A stretch of 59,221 nucleotides of DNA, counting the filler, from Sphacelaria rigidula (lineage: Eukaryota), in the NCBI GenBank assembly GCA_964200075.2. It is 4 parts of 4 records of this genome, joined end to end, with 100 filler letters (N's around TTAATTAATTAA, not from the genome) between each part and the next. Parts side by side here need not be neighbours in the genome. Positions count along the whole stretch, not along the records: positions 1 to 14,738 come from CAXNAA020002072.1; 3 more parts are not named here. One strand, written 5' to 3'. The position numbers were made by a program, and so were the translations under genes. The notes below the pieces were generated by a model, which saw only the letters and a program-made list of their open reading frames with translations, was not told the origin of the DNA and ran no database searches. Of this stretch, positions 1 to 11,049 are shown piece after piece. Each line of letters opens with the position of its first letter. The stretch's first letter is position 1.

Positions 1-63
1 GCCCTTGTCCCCTGGTCATCATCCAGGATCCTACATGCTACATCTACTACGCCTTGGTGTATT

Positions 64-1991
64 TTGGCTACAAACCCATCCGAATTTATGTCCCGATGCT
101 CCTGCGCCCATGGATTCTACACAAGTAAGTGCCATTCACAGGCATCGACTCATTTGGGCGCCATTAGGACCTCCCAGATGCTTGAAAGTTTTTATTGGCG
201 AATTTGTGTGGATCAGTGTACTCGTTGGTGGGTTCGGCGTTGTCTCTTGTGCCAAGTGCGCAAGACTTCACGTCAAACAGTTCGTTGGCCAATTGGTTCC
301 ATGCCACTTCCAAGCGGGCCTGGTGAAGTAGTTTCGCGGGACTGTTGTGGTCCTTCGTCCCTGACGGGTAGTGGTAAGAAATATATTTTGTTGCTTACAG
401 AGAGATTTAGTCGACATACGGTGATGCATGCTGTCCCTACTAGTAGTTATTACGTGAAAGGTACCGTCAACATTCTTGTATACACGTACATCCCACAGTG
501 GGGTGTGCCCGAACGATTCCTGTCCGATAACGGACCGCATTTTTCAGGCAAACTTTCGGCCGCAGTCAGTGACGTGTTGGGTGCCCATCGCATTTTTACT
601 CCTTCGTATCACCCTTCCACCAATGGTGGAACGGAACGAGTGAACCATACGATGGCACAGATGCTTGCTGCTGTGGCGAATGAAAGACAGGTGGACTGGG
701 ATTTGCATCTGACCCTTGTCCAAATGAAGTATAACAATTAATTCAGTCAGTGCCGGTACGGGATTGGCACCGAATGAAATTCATGTTGGTCGTATGCCTA
801 GGTTACCTTTAACGGTGTTCGAATGCAAAAATACAGGCGGACATCCGAGTCTGGATCGTGATGTTGTAGAGTATCATTTGTCGGTTAGCAATCGTCTTCG
901 ACTTGCATATGAAGTGGTACGAGAACGGAACCAAATCAATTTGGCCAAGGTGGCCAGGAGGAACTCGGTGCTGGATGATGTGGTACATATCCGCCCGGTG
1001 TGGAAGGTAGGCTAATAGGCATGGGTATATAATGACGTGAAGACCATCAATCAATAGGCTACCTAAAAAACACCCTCTTTGGACAAAGTGTTGAAAGCGA
1101 ATCTTCCCTTGAATTGGACTGGTCCTTGGGAAATTTTGGCCGTTGGTCCAAGCGCTACCGCACCCGACAAAAGTCCGGTGGGAGCGAAGCGCTTGTATCT
1201 AGATTTTCCGCGAATGAACCTGGCTTGAAACCGGAAAATCGCGTCTCGATGCTACGATGCAAAGCGTGTATTCCCCCTCATGACTCCTCTGACATCCCCA
1301 AAGAACTGCCGCTTAGCCGTATGCGTTGACCAACTATGCGATCAAAACCCCGCCGTATCATATGACAGTCGAGGACGCGGACGCACCCCTGAAACGTGTT
1401 GCAGAAAAAAAGATTTCGGGCCATTAGCTGGTCCGCGGCCGTGGTGGTAAGATAGCGGTAATGTATCAAACACATTGGAAGGGTATCATGCATGTTACAT
1501 GGGAGCGTGAAGTTGACTCACGTCACTTTCGTGGGGAAATATTGCTGTACTGGGTCGGAGATACCGTCTAACACCGCCCGTTGAATAAGAGATGAAGGTC
1601 GATGCGCAAGGGAGTTGCCGCTCGGGAACTGGCACGTGAGCACTCAGCGCGGTTTGTCGTAGCAGGATATAGCCTCATTTCGCGTTCACGATACATGCAG
1701 TCTTTTCACGGACAGCGTTTGCCGAAGGGCGCGTATTTTTGGTATAAGGCTTTGGACTCACTGTGGTGGTTGGGTAAGATTTGTTTGGTCGATCCTGCAT
1801 CTGACAACTTCTACTTTCTCCGTTTCCTCGATGACCCAAGCCCCCTTAAGATTCGCTTGGGTGATGCCTACTACACCGAGATGCCGACCGCTCGCCGGGG
1901 ATCCTGGTGCCTCCAACGACACGACCAAGGCGATCTCGACACGGCCGTCCTACGCAACACGGGCATCACTTGGGATGCAGAAGACTCATGA
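64..1991 (+). mobile_element. Degenerate Ty3/Gypsy LTR-retrotransposon pol 3' part: integrase (HHCC zinc finger + DDE core), chromo-like region and C-terminal extension; broken by stops and frameshifts
   Basis: ORF 64-741 contains HSQASTHLG..FYW..CLLCQ (HHCC), LSDNGPHF and YHPSTNGGTERVN. Downstream fragments read APNEIHVGR, LNWTGPWEILAVG and GH*LVRGRGGKIAVMYQTHWKG..TWERE, followed by ORF 1602-1991. Confidence 0.9.
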
Positions 1992-2779
1992 TGCCGCATC
2001 CGAGTCTGCTTCCCCACTCACCTTGCGTAGTGCACCATATTCGAATAGCTTGTCTTGCGCTGTGGCGTCGTTGAAAAACCATGTGTTCTCCCCCTCCCCC
2101 CGTTTTTTTTCGTACTGCTGTAGCCCCGTTCCTTTACTGGCTGTATTTTGTATTTTGTATTTTGTATTTTGTATCTGCTTGTTTGACTTCGGATCTTCTC
2201 TTTGTGCCTCGTATTTGTTTTTGTGTCGTTTTGTGTTGCTTTGTTTTCTCTTCCTCTTTTTTCGTCTCGTGTTTTGTTCCTTTTTATATTTGTGGTTGAT
2301 ATATATATACATATATTTGTTGGTTATTTTCGAGTCATGTGTCGTAGTAATCCGCGACGGCCGTTCCACAAACATTCCTGACCCCGAGTCTGGAACACTT
2401 GAACCTTCGTCCTCCGCGCCGTACACTCACGACCATTCCGTATACTGGAACGGTTGCAACGAGTTTTTTTCTTTCCTTCGTTGTGCGGACCTTTTGTCTT
2501 GTTTTGTTTATCATCCTCGTATTACCCTCCCACCATTACGCCGCGATCCATAATACCCCCCCTCACCACTGACCGCGTCAAACGTCACGATGTTAAGGAG
2601 TTGTGATTGAAGTCGTGGCATAATTCGTTGTAAACGTCTCCTCATATAGGATCATTGCGTATCATTCTAGGATAGATTGCTCTTCCGGAACCGACCGTTA
2701 CGCCATGTCGATGTTTCGACCATTGGTGCAGCCTTCAGGCTCAGAGCCCGCCACTCGCTATTTTTCTCATCACTGCCTA

Positions 2780-3400
2780 CATCAGTTATTGCGTACGGTT
2801 ACCCGCCTCTGAAATCGGTGTGGTGGTTTTTTGTTTTCACCAGGGGTTATTGAGTGACGATACGACGTGACGGTAAGCCCGGCAGGGGCTTTTGCTCCAG
2901 TTTGAGCCAGCGAACCAGATCGTCTTCGTCCGAACGGGCAAGTACCGTGAGAAGTGAACTGCGTTGGCCCTCTCTCTCCGTGTATTTGTCGTGGTTCAGA
3001 AACGTGTTGGGCGATTCGCCTCGGATTTATCTCCGATGGTTGTGTATAATTTAATTGCGTTTCTTTCGACATGTACGAATACCCGACCCTCAAACCGGCC
3101 GGCTGTCTTTGTATATCGTTTGTGTGAGGGGAAAAAATAGCTGCACGACTGGATCATCACCCAGGGGTATTTAGCAACACGTTGCATTCTCATACACATG
3201 TACCGACAATCAACTCACGACAACCGAGTTAGCTCGTCCGTATCATGCGTATTTCGTTTTTTTTTCAACGTATGGTTCTTGCGGAAAGTTTTCCTTTCCA
3301 CGACGAATCAGCTGTACGTTGTTGATCTGCTGATGGACTGGGACGAGTGATTAGCATAAACTGGCTACTGCAGTGATATAATGCCTTGGCGGGCTTGCTT
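2780..3400 (+). mobile_element. Highly decayed second copy of a Gypsy pol C-terminal tail
   Basis: Fragments ELRWPSLSVYLSW, WIITQGY and AYF..VWFLRKVFLSTTNQLYVVDL parallel, in order, THWKG..TW, FVVAGY and AYFWY..WWLGKI..FYFLRF of the 1400-1990 region. Alignment by eye only. Confidence 0.35.
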
Positions 3401-3519
3401 GCTTGTTGTTATTTCTGCCAAGGGAACTGAAAAAAATGAAATTCTGGAAAAGAGTGACATTTTCTGAATATGATATAGTTATGGCAGTGTATGACGATCG
3501 TTTCGATGATTGGCCTTTG

Positions 3520-3760
3520 ATTCCCCATGATTCCCCGTAAAATCCTCACAGCATTTGAGGACACTGCATTTTTGTACATTGGTTTGGTTTTTTTATTTCC
3601 TGTGATCCTCCCTGAAATACTCACGGAATTTGAGCACACTACATTTTTGTATATCGGTTTCATCTCTTTTCTTTATCTATGAATTCCTACGATTCCTCTG
3701 AAATTCTCGTTGTTGACGCTGCATTTTTTTTATATCGGTCTAGTTTTTTTTGTTTTGTTT
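3520..3760. repeat. Degenerate tandem repeat, ~75 bp x3
   Basis: Recurring blocks of the form ..tgattcc..gaaat.ctcac..atttgag.cac.ctgcatttttgtatatcggttt. Confidence 0.6.
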
Positions 3761-4569
3761 TTCCTTCTTTTGTTTTTTGTGTGTGTTGGTCGGACCTTAT
3801 CGTTCCCCGCACCGAAGAATACTTGAACTTTAACATGAGTCTCAGTTTTTTGTGGTGTAGGGGTGGTGTGCCTCGATGCAAGTTTGTTCCTTCTGAAAAG
3901 GAACTGCACTTGTCACGAGCCAGGGTGGGCTAATGTAATGGTATATGACCGCGTGCTGGAATCAAAATAGTACCCTGGATATGACGATTGTTCTCACGAA
4001 CGACCGGCGAGTAAGAGAAGAGGGTCCTAGTCGAATGTGTGCTTGTGTAAAGTAGAAATATGGTTGATCCAACTGAACAGCTGTTGCCGTTACACTTTGG
4101 TTCAAGTTTGAAGATGGAATACAATATATGCATGATAAGCTGTATGGGCACATTGCTACTGAAGCTTTGATTGGCCGAAAGCGCGACGCGTCAGGCTGAT
4201 TTTGTAATATGGCAGCTGTACGCGTGGCTACGACAGAGGCTTTTGCCGAGGCCGTCGCTCCCCCAGCTGCTTACTTGTGTTCATTGACTCAACAACCGAC
4301 ATCTTTTGCATATAGGGTTACGGTAGAAAAACTAATTCAATTAGAGCCTTCAAACATCGCCTATCCCGCTGATCTCTTCAATTCTACTGGGTATTCAAGT
4401 CCACAGTCGATCGACGTGAGTTGTGAAGCTGTGTTTGAATTATAATCCCCCTTCCTCCACCAAATCGATCGATTGTAATTATTTGAAGGGCTTGGATGAT
4501 GATCTCCCAAACAGCAGCTGTGATTGTGTGCTGAGCAGAGACCCTTCGGCCTTGTATTACGAGCTGAAC

Positions 4570-4828
4570 TATAGACTTCTGTCACTCAAGATCAGATTGC
4601 CATGTGGACTCCTCCCATCACGGGCACATGGACGTCAGCAGCTTTAGTTATTTATGTATCAACCCTCAGCATAGTGCAGGAGAACATGGCCATAGTCTCT
4701 CTCCACCAGACTGGCAAAACCAAGCCTACTCGTCATGAAGGTCACCATCACAGAGTCCGGCAATCAGACCCGCAACTCCACCTACAAATGTCCCTAACCT
4801 CAGGTAACAATGATGGCTAGAGTCTACA
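4570..4828 (-). repeat. 3' LTR of the minus-strand element
   Basis: Diverged direct-repeat partner of 8780-9038; ends in gtctaca. Confidence 0.85.
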
Positions 4829-6473
4829 GCACCCCCAAAGCTCTCTACTACCAACAAGTAGTTACATCAGAGCTTGACAAACTCAGACATCATTGGTGCC
4901 TGATAGTACCGTCGTTTTCCGCAAAGAATAGCAATCTCTTCCGCTGCGTTCGACAACAGCTCCATACAAGCTTGCCCCACTTTCGAACAACTCGCAAGAG
5001 ATTCCAAGAAAATATCGTCCATCATGAACATGCAATCACGCTACTTGCACCACTTCGAGTTACAAAGCGATAGCTAGCGCCAAATTCTCAAAGCTTCGCC
5101 CAAAACAAGTCTCTTGACTCTTCATCGGCACGAAACCGGAAATTCAGCGAACGTCAAATTCCAGAGCATTCGTGACTCATCGCCTCTCTCATCCGAGACA
5201 AAGTTCTTCTCAACATACAAGTACGTTCAACACCTGCGCAACGGAGTGCAATAGCCCAATGATACATCATCCTCACGCTAGAAGGAAATAATGCACCCAA
5301 CACGTCTAAAACGCACCTGACCTCTTGCTTCTGCACCACCGTAAAAACGTATGCATCGCATACCTTCCCGCCGTCAAAGCTCCAATGCTTCAACTTGCCT
5401 TTATTTCATAAAGATAATCAAAGGAAAGCCATTGCTCAAACCGCTTTTCAAGTCATGCATACAAATCCAATGACGGCGAACGGACCTCGACCTCCGCCAT
5501 CATTCATCACCCATGGTACTATCGTTCTCAAACTCTTGTTTTCGAGCAAATCCCAGATATTTCTACATTCCGTTTGGATTTTGGACCGTCATATCTCATC
5601 CGTGCATCAGCCAAAATGTAGAAATAATGATTCCCTAGATACTCTTGCAGTCCACCTGCACCAGTTCTTCGAACATATGGACGCATCATCCACATTCTCC
5701 TTCTGACATGAACGAAAAACCAACCACGTACTCGTTCAAACACGTGACAATCCATACAAAAACATGCCCCGGTCAAAGATCATTGATGCATGTGTTGCAT
5801 AATGTCTTTATCTTCAACCACCGGAAGGACTCGCGTCATACCTGCTCACATACGGCGAACCTACGCATTTCGTACCTTTCAGCTCATTTTCACGCTAACA
5901 GCAGCAATCGATATATCCTGCACTCAGTACGTGTAAACCGCACAAATATGATTCGACTGTGTTCCTGCGCGAACAAAATTATTCGACCTTTACGTCATTT
6001 AGCATACAGCAGTATATTGAAAACTGCCCCACCCTAGGTCGTCACCAGTTACCATTCATATCAGTACCATTCGAGCAAACATTCGCACATGCCTGCCAGA
6101 ATTCCACTCAGCATATGAAAATCCGCACAAGCATGCCAATATTTCACTCAGCGTATGCAATGCCACCTTCCTCGCAGCAAACACTATGCATCATCGCTGC
6201 CAACCAGATCAGTACAACACACACATGCCAAATACCCACGTGTACGCCAGAGTTTTACCCTGCACACGCGATATGATCATACTTGCTCAACAACCATGTT
6301 TCATGCGCAAGCATGACCACAAACCACACAACAACAAGCTGAAATCATTCTCAAAACGATTCGCGAATACTAGTCATAATGTTTTCCCTCATTCTCAACA
6401 AGCACTCAATCACCACAGCACTTGCTCCTCAACATCAGTACCCCACTCGGCGCTCACCACAACAGCAAACACC

Positions 6474-8314
6474 TCAGGTAATACCTTCTTTGTAGTCCTC
6501 CAGCCCGTTCCTGAGAAACAGCAGCACTCGAACCACAACCCCGTGCACAGCGTAGAGCAGCCTTTCCTCTCGGACACTCCCTCCTTGCACCTTCAGCCTA
6601 GCTACATCTGGCACCTCCATGGTGTAGCTCAACACGCCTCTAGAAGGTATATTCGCACCGCCAAACCAATGCGACAGTTCCTCTGCCTCCACATATACTT
6701 GGGCAGTACTGAACACCTGCGATTCAGTCGGTTTTACAGAGGAAACCAGAGGCCAAACGGGAACAGCTACACAGTCCCGAACAGCAATTCCTCCTGATGG
6801 TACACTATCCTCCTCGAACACCCCGCGGCGAAACGGTGGAGACACCTCCGCCATCGCCGCCAAACACGCCAAAGCTGTCCATGTAAACAGCAATGCACAC
6901 GACCACCCAAACACCACGCCACGCTTGTCGTCGCCGTCAGAATTGTGATCGCTAACAGCATCACGAGCTTGCAACTCGCTCTGCGTACCCGCTTCACGCG
7001 GGTCACACGCCCCTGTTGTTTCGATAATGCAAGGCGTGTCCACAGCTACGCGCTGCTCCGGCGGCAATTCCGCCGACCCGGCATCCACCTGTCCTTCAAG
7101 CAGACACCCCTGCGAACTATCTGAACGATCTCCCGCCATGTCACTGGAGCAGATAGATTCACCCTGAGCATCGCAAGCCCCAAGCTTGCTCTGCTCACTC
7201 TCATCACGAAAATAACACCCCCTTGCAGCGGTGAGCATGCAAGGTGTGTCACCAATCACGCTCTGGTCCGGCGGCCACGAGCAGCCTGGACCTTTGCCGC
7301 TCAGCGCTAGCTCATCGGAGCAAATTGGCTCCGCGCTTCCAACAGCAGCGGCAGCAGCAGCTGGATCAAATATTCCCGCTTCAGCCACCACCTCCTGCGC
7401 AGCGCACTCCTGAACGGCAGCAGCGGCAGCTGAGCTGCCTGTAGTCCGCTCGAGCTGCGTGGCATGTTCGCCCTCTCCAACAGCAATACCAGCAGCATCT
7501 AAACCAATGCTCACCGTGGTACTGACGGCGGGCGCGCTCTCATGCCTACCCATCTTCACAGACACGTTCTGCTTCTCCTTCCCGCTCTGCACAAGGGAAA
7601 CAGCTGCCCTGTATCGTGGTTTAAGACGCGCCCTACCGACTGCACGTTCGGCGGGTGCACTATCGTGCCTATCCCCTCGGGCAGACCCATGTTTCTCGGC
7701 TGTCGCAGGGCAAGCAGCTGCCCTGTATCGTTCTTTCAAACGCGCCGCACCTACTGCACGTTCGGCGGGTGCACTGTCGTGCCTGCCCCCTCGGCAGACT
7801 CCTGTTTCTCGGCTGTCACATGGCGAACAGCTGCCCTGTATCGTTCTTTCAAACGCGCAGCACCTACTGCACGTTCGGGGGGCGCACTGTCGCGCCTGTC
7901 CCCTCAGGCAGACACATGTTTCTCGGCTGCCACAGGGCAAGCAGCTCCACCGGACGGCGCATGCTTGCGCAACGCGAAAATCAACTGCTCGTCCTCAACA
8001 TCATCATCATTTTTCACGAACGTGTCACACAGACATATCACAATACGTTTCGGCATGAGCTCAGAAACTGCTGCCACCTCAAAGAGGTTTGTCCACCGCG
8101 CGTTCTCTTGTTCTACACCTCGCAAATATTGCTCGTATTTGCGTAAAAACTCGGTCGATTTCTTGCTCGAAAACTTACGGCCGTAGTACGGCGTCTTTAG
8201 CGTCAGTACAGGAACAACACGACCATCGACGATGGCATATTCCTGCGCCTCGTACATCTCAGTCAGCAGTACAGTACTCCACACGCCTTTTAGAAAAACG
8301 AAGTCGCCCCCCAC
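6474..8314 (-). pseudogene. Gag-like/polyprotein ORFs of the LTR element, frameshifted and containing 38-aa repeats
   Basis: ORFs 7904-8314 (..STEFLRKYEQYLRGVEQENA..) and 6474-7940 lie between the LTRs and overlap inside a tandem repeat whose 113-bp unit shifts the frame. Confidence 0.6.
7601..7945. repeat. Tandem repeat, ~114 bp x3
   Basis: Unit starts cagctgccctgtatcg at 7601, 7715 and 7828, with a partial unit at 7942. Confidence 0.9.
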
Positions 8315-8779
8315 TCACAGGAACAACAACTCTCCTTACAACGAGACGCGCTGTACCACTGTACAAAGACAATGGCCACAGCGCCTCTTCCTCACGCAGG
8401 TCTCACCACGTGTTTGAAGTCCTTAGACTCCTCTTCCTAGCCGCACCTGGCCAAGCGTGGAACAAGCAACTCTCGCTGGCTCCACTAGGTAGTAGGGTGA
8501 TTGCGCCGCTTTTTTTGGAACGCGCACGGGCTCGCCAGCTGTCGGTCAATACCCCGCACCTCTCGAACGAGCGATACCACAGCCCACCCTAGCACTGCCT
8601 CAGAACCTCCTCGGCTCTACTTCTCCAACTCCTCGCGACGTTAACACGCCCTGAGCTGGTCTCGTTTGCTGCAAACTGATCAGGCCTGCAGACTTCCCTA
8701 TCTTGAAATGTCAGCTGCTTTTCAGCGAAACTACCGCCTCAGCGGACTCAATGAACGTTCATACTCAATGAACGTTCAT

Positions 8780-9038
8780 AATAGACCTCTGTCACTCAAG
8801 ATCGGATTGCCATGTGGACTCCTCCCATCACGGGCACATGGACTTCAGCAGCTTTAGTTATTTATGTATTAACCCTCAACATAGTACAGGGGAACAGGAC
8901 CATATAGCCTCTCTCCACCATAGTAACAAAACCGGCTGTACTCGTCATGGAGGTCACCATCACAGAGTCCGGCAATCAGACCCACAACTCCACCTACAAA
9001 GTTCCTGACCTTAGGTAACAATGGTGGCTAGGTCTACA
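8780..9038 (-). repeat. 5' LTR of the minus-strand element
   Basis: Diverged direct-repeat partner of 4570-4828. Confidence 0.85.
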
Positions 9039-9590
9039 GGCGGTGTAAGGTAGCCTCTAGATGGGTTGCATTGTGTACGCAAGGCATCCTAGGACTCCAT
9101 ATTGCAGCTTACAACGGCTACAGTGATAATGCAGTAACTTGCCTGTGACGAGTCCGACGTAGTGGAGCGACCGGGTACGCACGCACAGCGTTCAGCATGT
9201 GTAGGTTATCCTCGGTGAAGGGAGGGAGATGTCACATTCAGCGGTCAGCAATGGTGGAGTGCAGTTAATTATCAAGTGGCGAATATTGCTCTCCGAGATC
9301 GTTTGGGATTTGGTTTTCTTCTGGAGCGGAAAGGGATCACAAGCGGTCGTCTATCCCATGTTTTAGTGTTGCATCCTCGAGCGGGTTAAGGTGTCAGGAC
9401 CCGCAGTTGGATCACTTCATATTCTTCTCCACAGGGTCATTATTTACCCTGTAACATCCCCCCTAATAGATTTGCCGAGTGTTTTGCCAGGCATACCTAA
9501 TCGGGTTGAGACTAGCGCAATCAACCAGGGACCGTGTGACATTAAGGCGGAGCTTCATACACACGTCCTCGTAGTTGCCCACATGGAAAA

Positions 9591-9780
9591 TACGGAATAG
9601 AAACCCGTTTCGGCTGCACCTAGTTTCGTACACACTTCCCTGCATTTCCCTACAAGGGAATTACGGGATAGAGACCCGTTCTGGCTGCACCCAGTTTCAT
9701 ACACAATTCTCTATTGCTTTCCACCGATAAAGTACGGGATAGAGGCCCGTTTCGGCTGCACCCAGATTCGGCTGTACCCG
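9591..9780. repeat. Tandem repeat, ~71 bp x2.5
   Basis: tacgg(a/g)atagag..ccgtt..ggctgcacc.agtttc at ~9591, 9662 and 9733. Confidence 0.8.
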
Positions 9781-10075
9781 TGGGACCAGGTAACTTTCTC
9801 ATCTTCTACTGCGTCTCCGAGCTTGAGTGAATGTTCCACCTTTGTTCATCCTGTATCGGGTTCTCCACCTGTAAATCACTCACTCGGGGGGGTGCGCATC
9901 TGGTGGCATGGCTTCTGCGACCTAGAGTTTGCAACCCGTTGTTGGTATGTACTGGATATCACTCACTCTAAACTGCTAATTTCACGCAAATCCCACCTGC
10001 TGAATTCCAACCCCTCGTCGGTCGGGTATCTCACGCGCTCGTATGGACCAAGGTAATCATATAGCTCACCTATCT

Positions 10076-11049
10076 CTACTCTATCGCCGACGTTCCCGGG
10101 ACGTGTCTTGTGATGCTTGCACTTCGTCTCTGTCGGGCCTTTTGCTTGTTTCCCTGTTTGGCCTCTAGGACTACCTTACCCTGGTCTAGTCCACGTTTTA
10201 ACGTTTGCTTCACGAAATTCTCTAGACCTAACGCGGTGTCAGTGCCGCTCATTTGTCGTAAAAGAGCGTCTACGGCAGCCGGGAGAGTACGGCCAAAGAG
10301 TATTTGAAATGGGGGCATGTTGGAAGGGACGGATGGATCCGGGAGTGTACGTTTAGTCCAGCACCTTGGATCTACGTACCCGTCCCACTTGTCGGACAAT
10401 GTATCATGAATCCGTGCCCCTGCCCTCTCAACGGTACCTTGACCTCCTGGGTGATTTGCGAGTCGGTAGTCCATTGATAACTCAAGTCATCTACATAAAT
10501 ACCGCACTCTTGCTGCTGCGGGCTCCCCCCTTTTTGGCTGCAAATTGGTTTAGGCATATCGAACGTTTCACACAGGATCGATAGTAGGATGCGGGCCACC
10601 GGTATCGACTCTTTTGTCGGGCGGGGGCAGGCAAAAGGGTTTTGGTGCCCGGTCGATAACCTGTGGTGTGTATCGAATACCGGATGTATATATGCAGTCA
10701 CTGTCCTGGGAGTCAATCTCCAATAATTTCAGGGCTACAAAAGGCAAGTCTTTAGCATTGTTATAAGTTAAGACCGGCCTTTTCCCAGCGTCTGCACCCG
10801 TATGATCGAGCGTACTCGAGGTAGTCTCTGTTCGTACTGATCGAGCAGAAACGACCCTGCAAAATAGCATGGTGTGTTTAATTCAGTGTGCGCGTATTTA
10901 GTGTGTACAAGTGTTGTCAGGTCACAAATCAGTTGTCGCTGGATGACTAAAGTTGACATATGCCCGTCACCGGTACCCACAACAAACACTGATCGTCTCT
11001 GGTGTAGCACTCTGAAAAGCGTTCTTCGAGTCTCACCACTTCGTGTCAT
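10076..11049 (-). mobile_element. Decayed Ty3/Gypsy integrase remnant
   Basis: LVIQRQLICDLTTLVHTKYAH (HHCC region), HPGGQGTVERAG and WDGYVDP..WTKRT..PPFQILFGR, spread over broken ORFs. Confidence 0.75.

Larger units (their letters stand above)
4570..9038 (-). mobile_element. LTR retrotransposon (Gypsy-like, decayed/non-autonomous) with two ~259-bp LTRs
   Basis: Direct repeats at 4570-4828 and 8780-9038 with (t/a)atagac...gtctaca ends, a decayed TGTAGAC..GTCTACA inverted terminus. Purine-rich PPT-like tract on the minus strand next to 4829. Gag-like ORF 7904-8314, long ORF 6474-7940, RT-like remnant IILFA..VESYLCGLHVL near 5930-5990. No TSD seen. Confidence 0.85.

Noticed and set aside
1831..2553. 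240-aa hydrophobic ORF as an env-like or membrane protein
   Set aside because: The hydrophobicity comes from T-rich low-complexity sequence downstream of pol; no protein motif.
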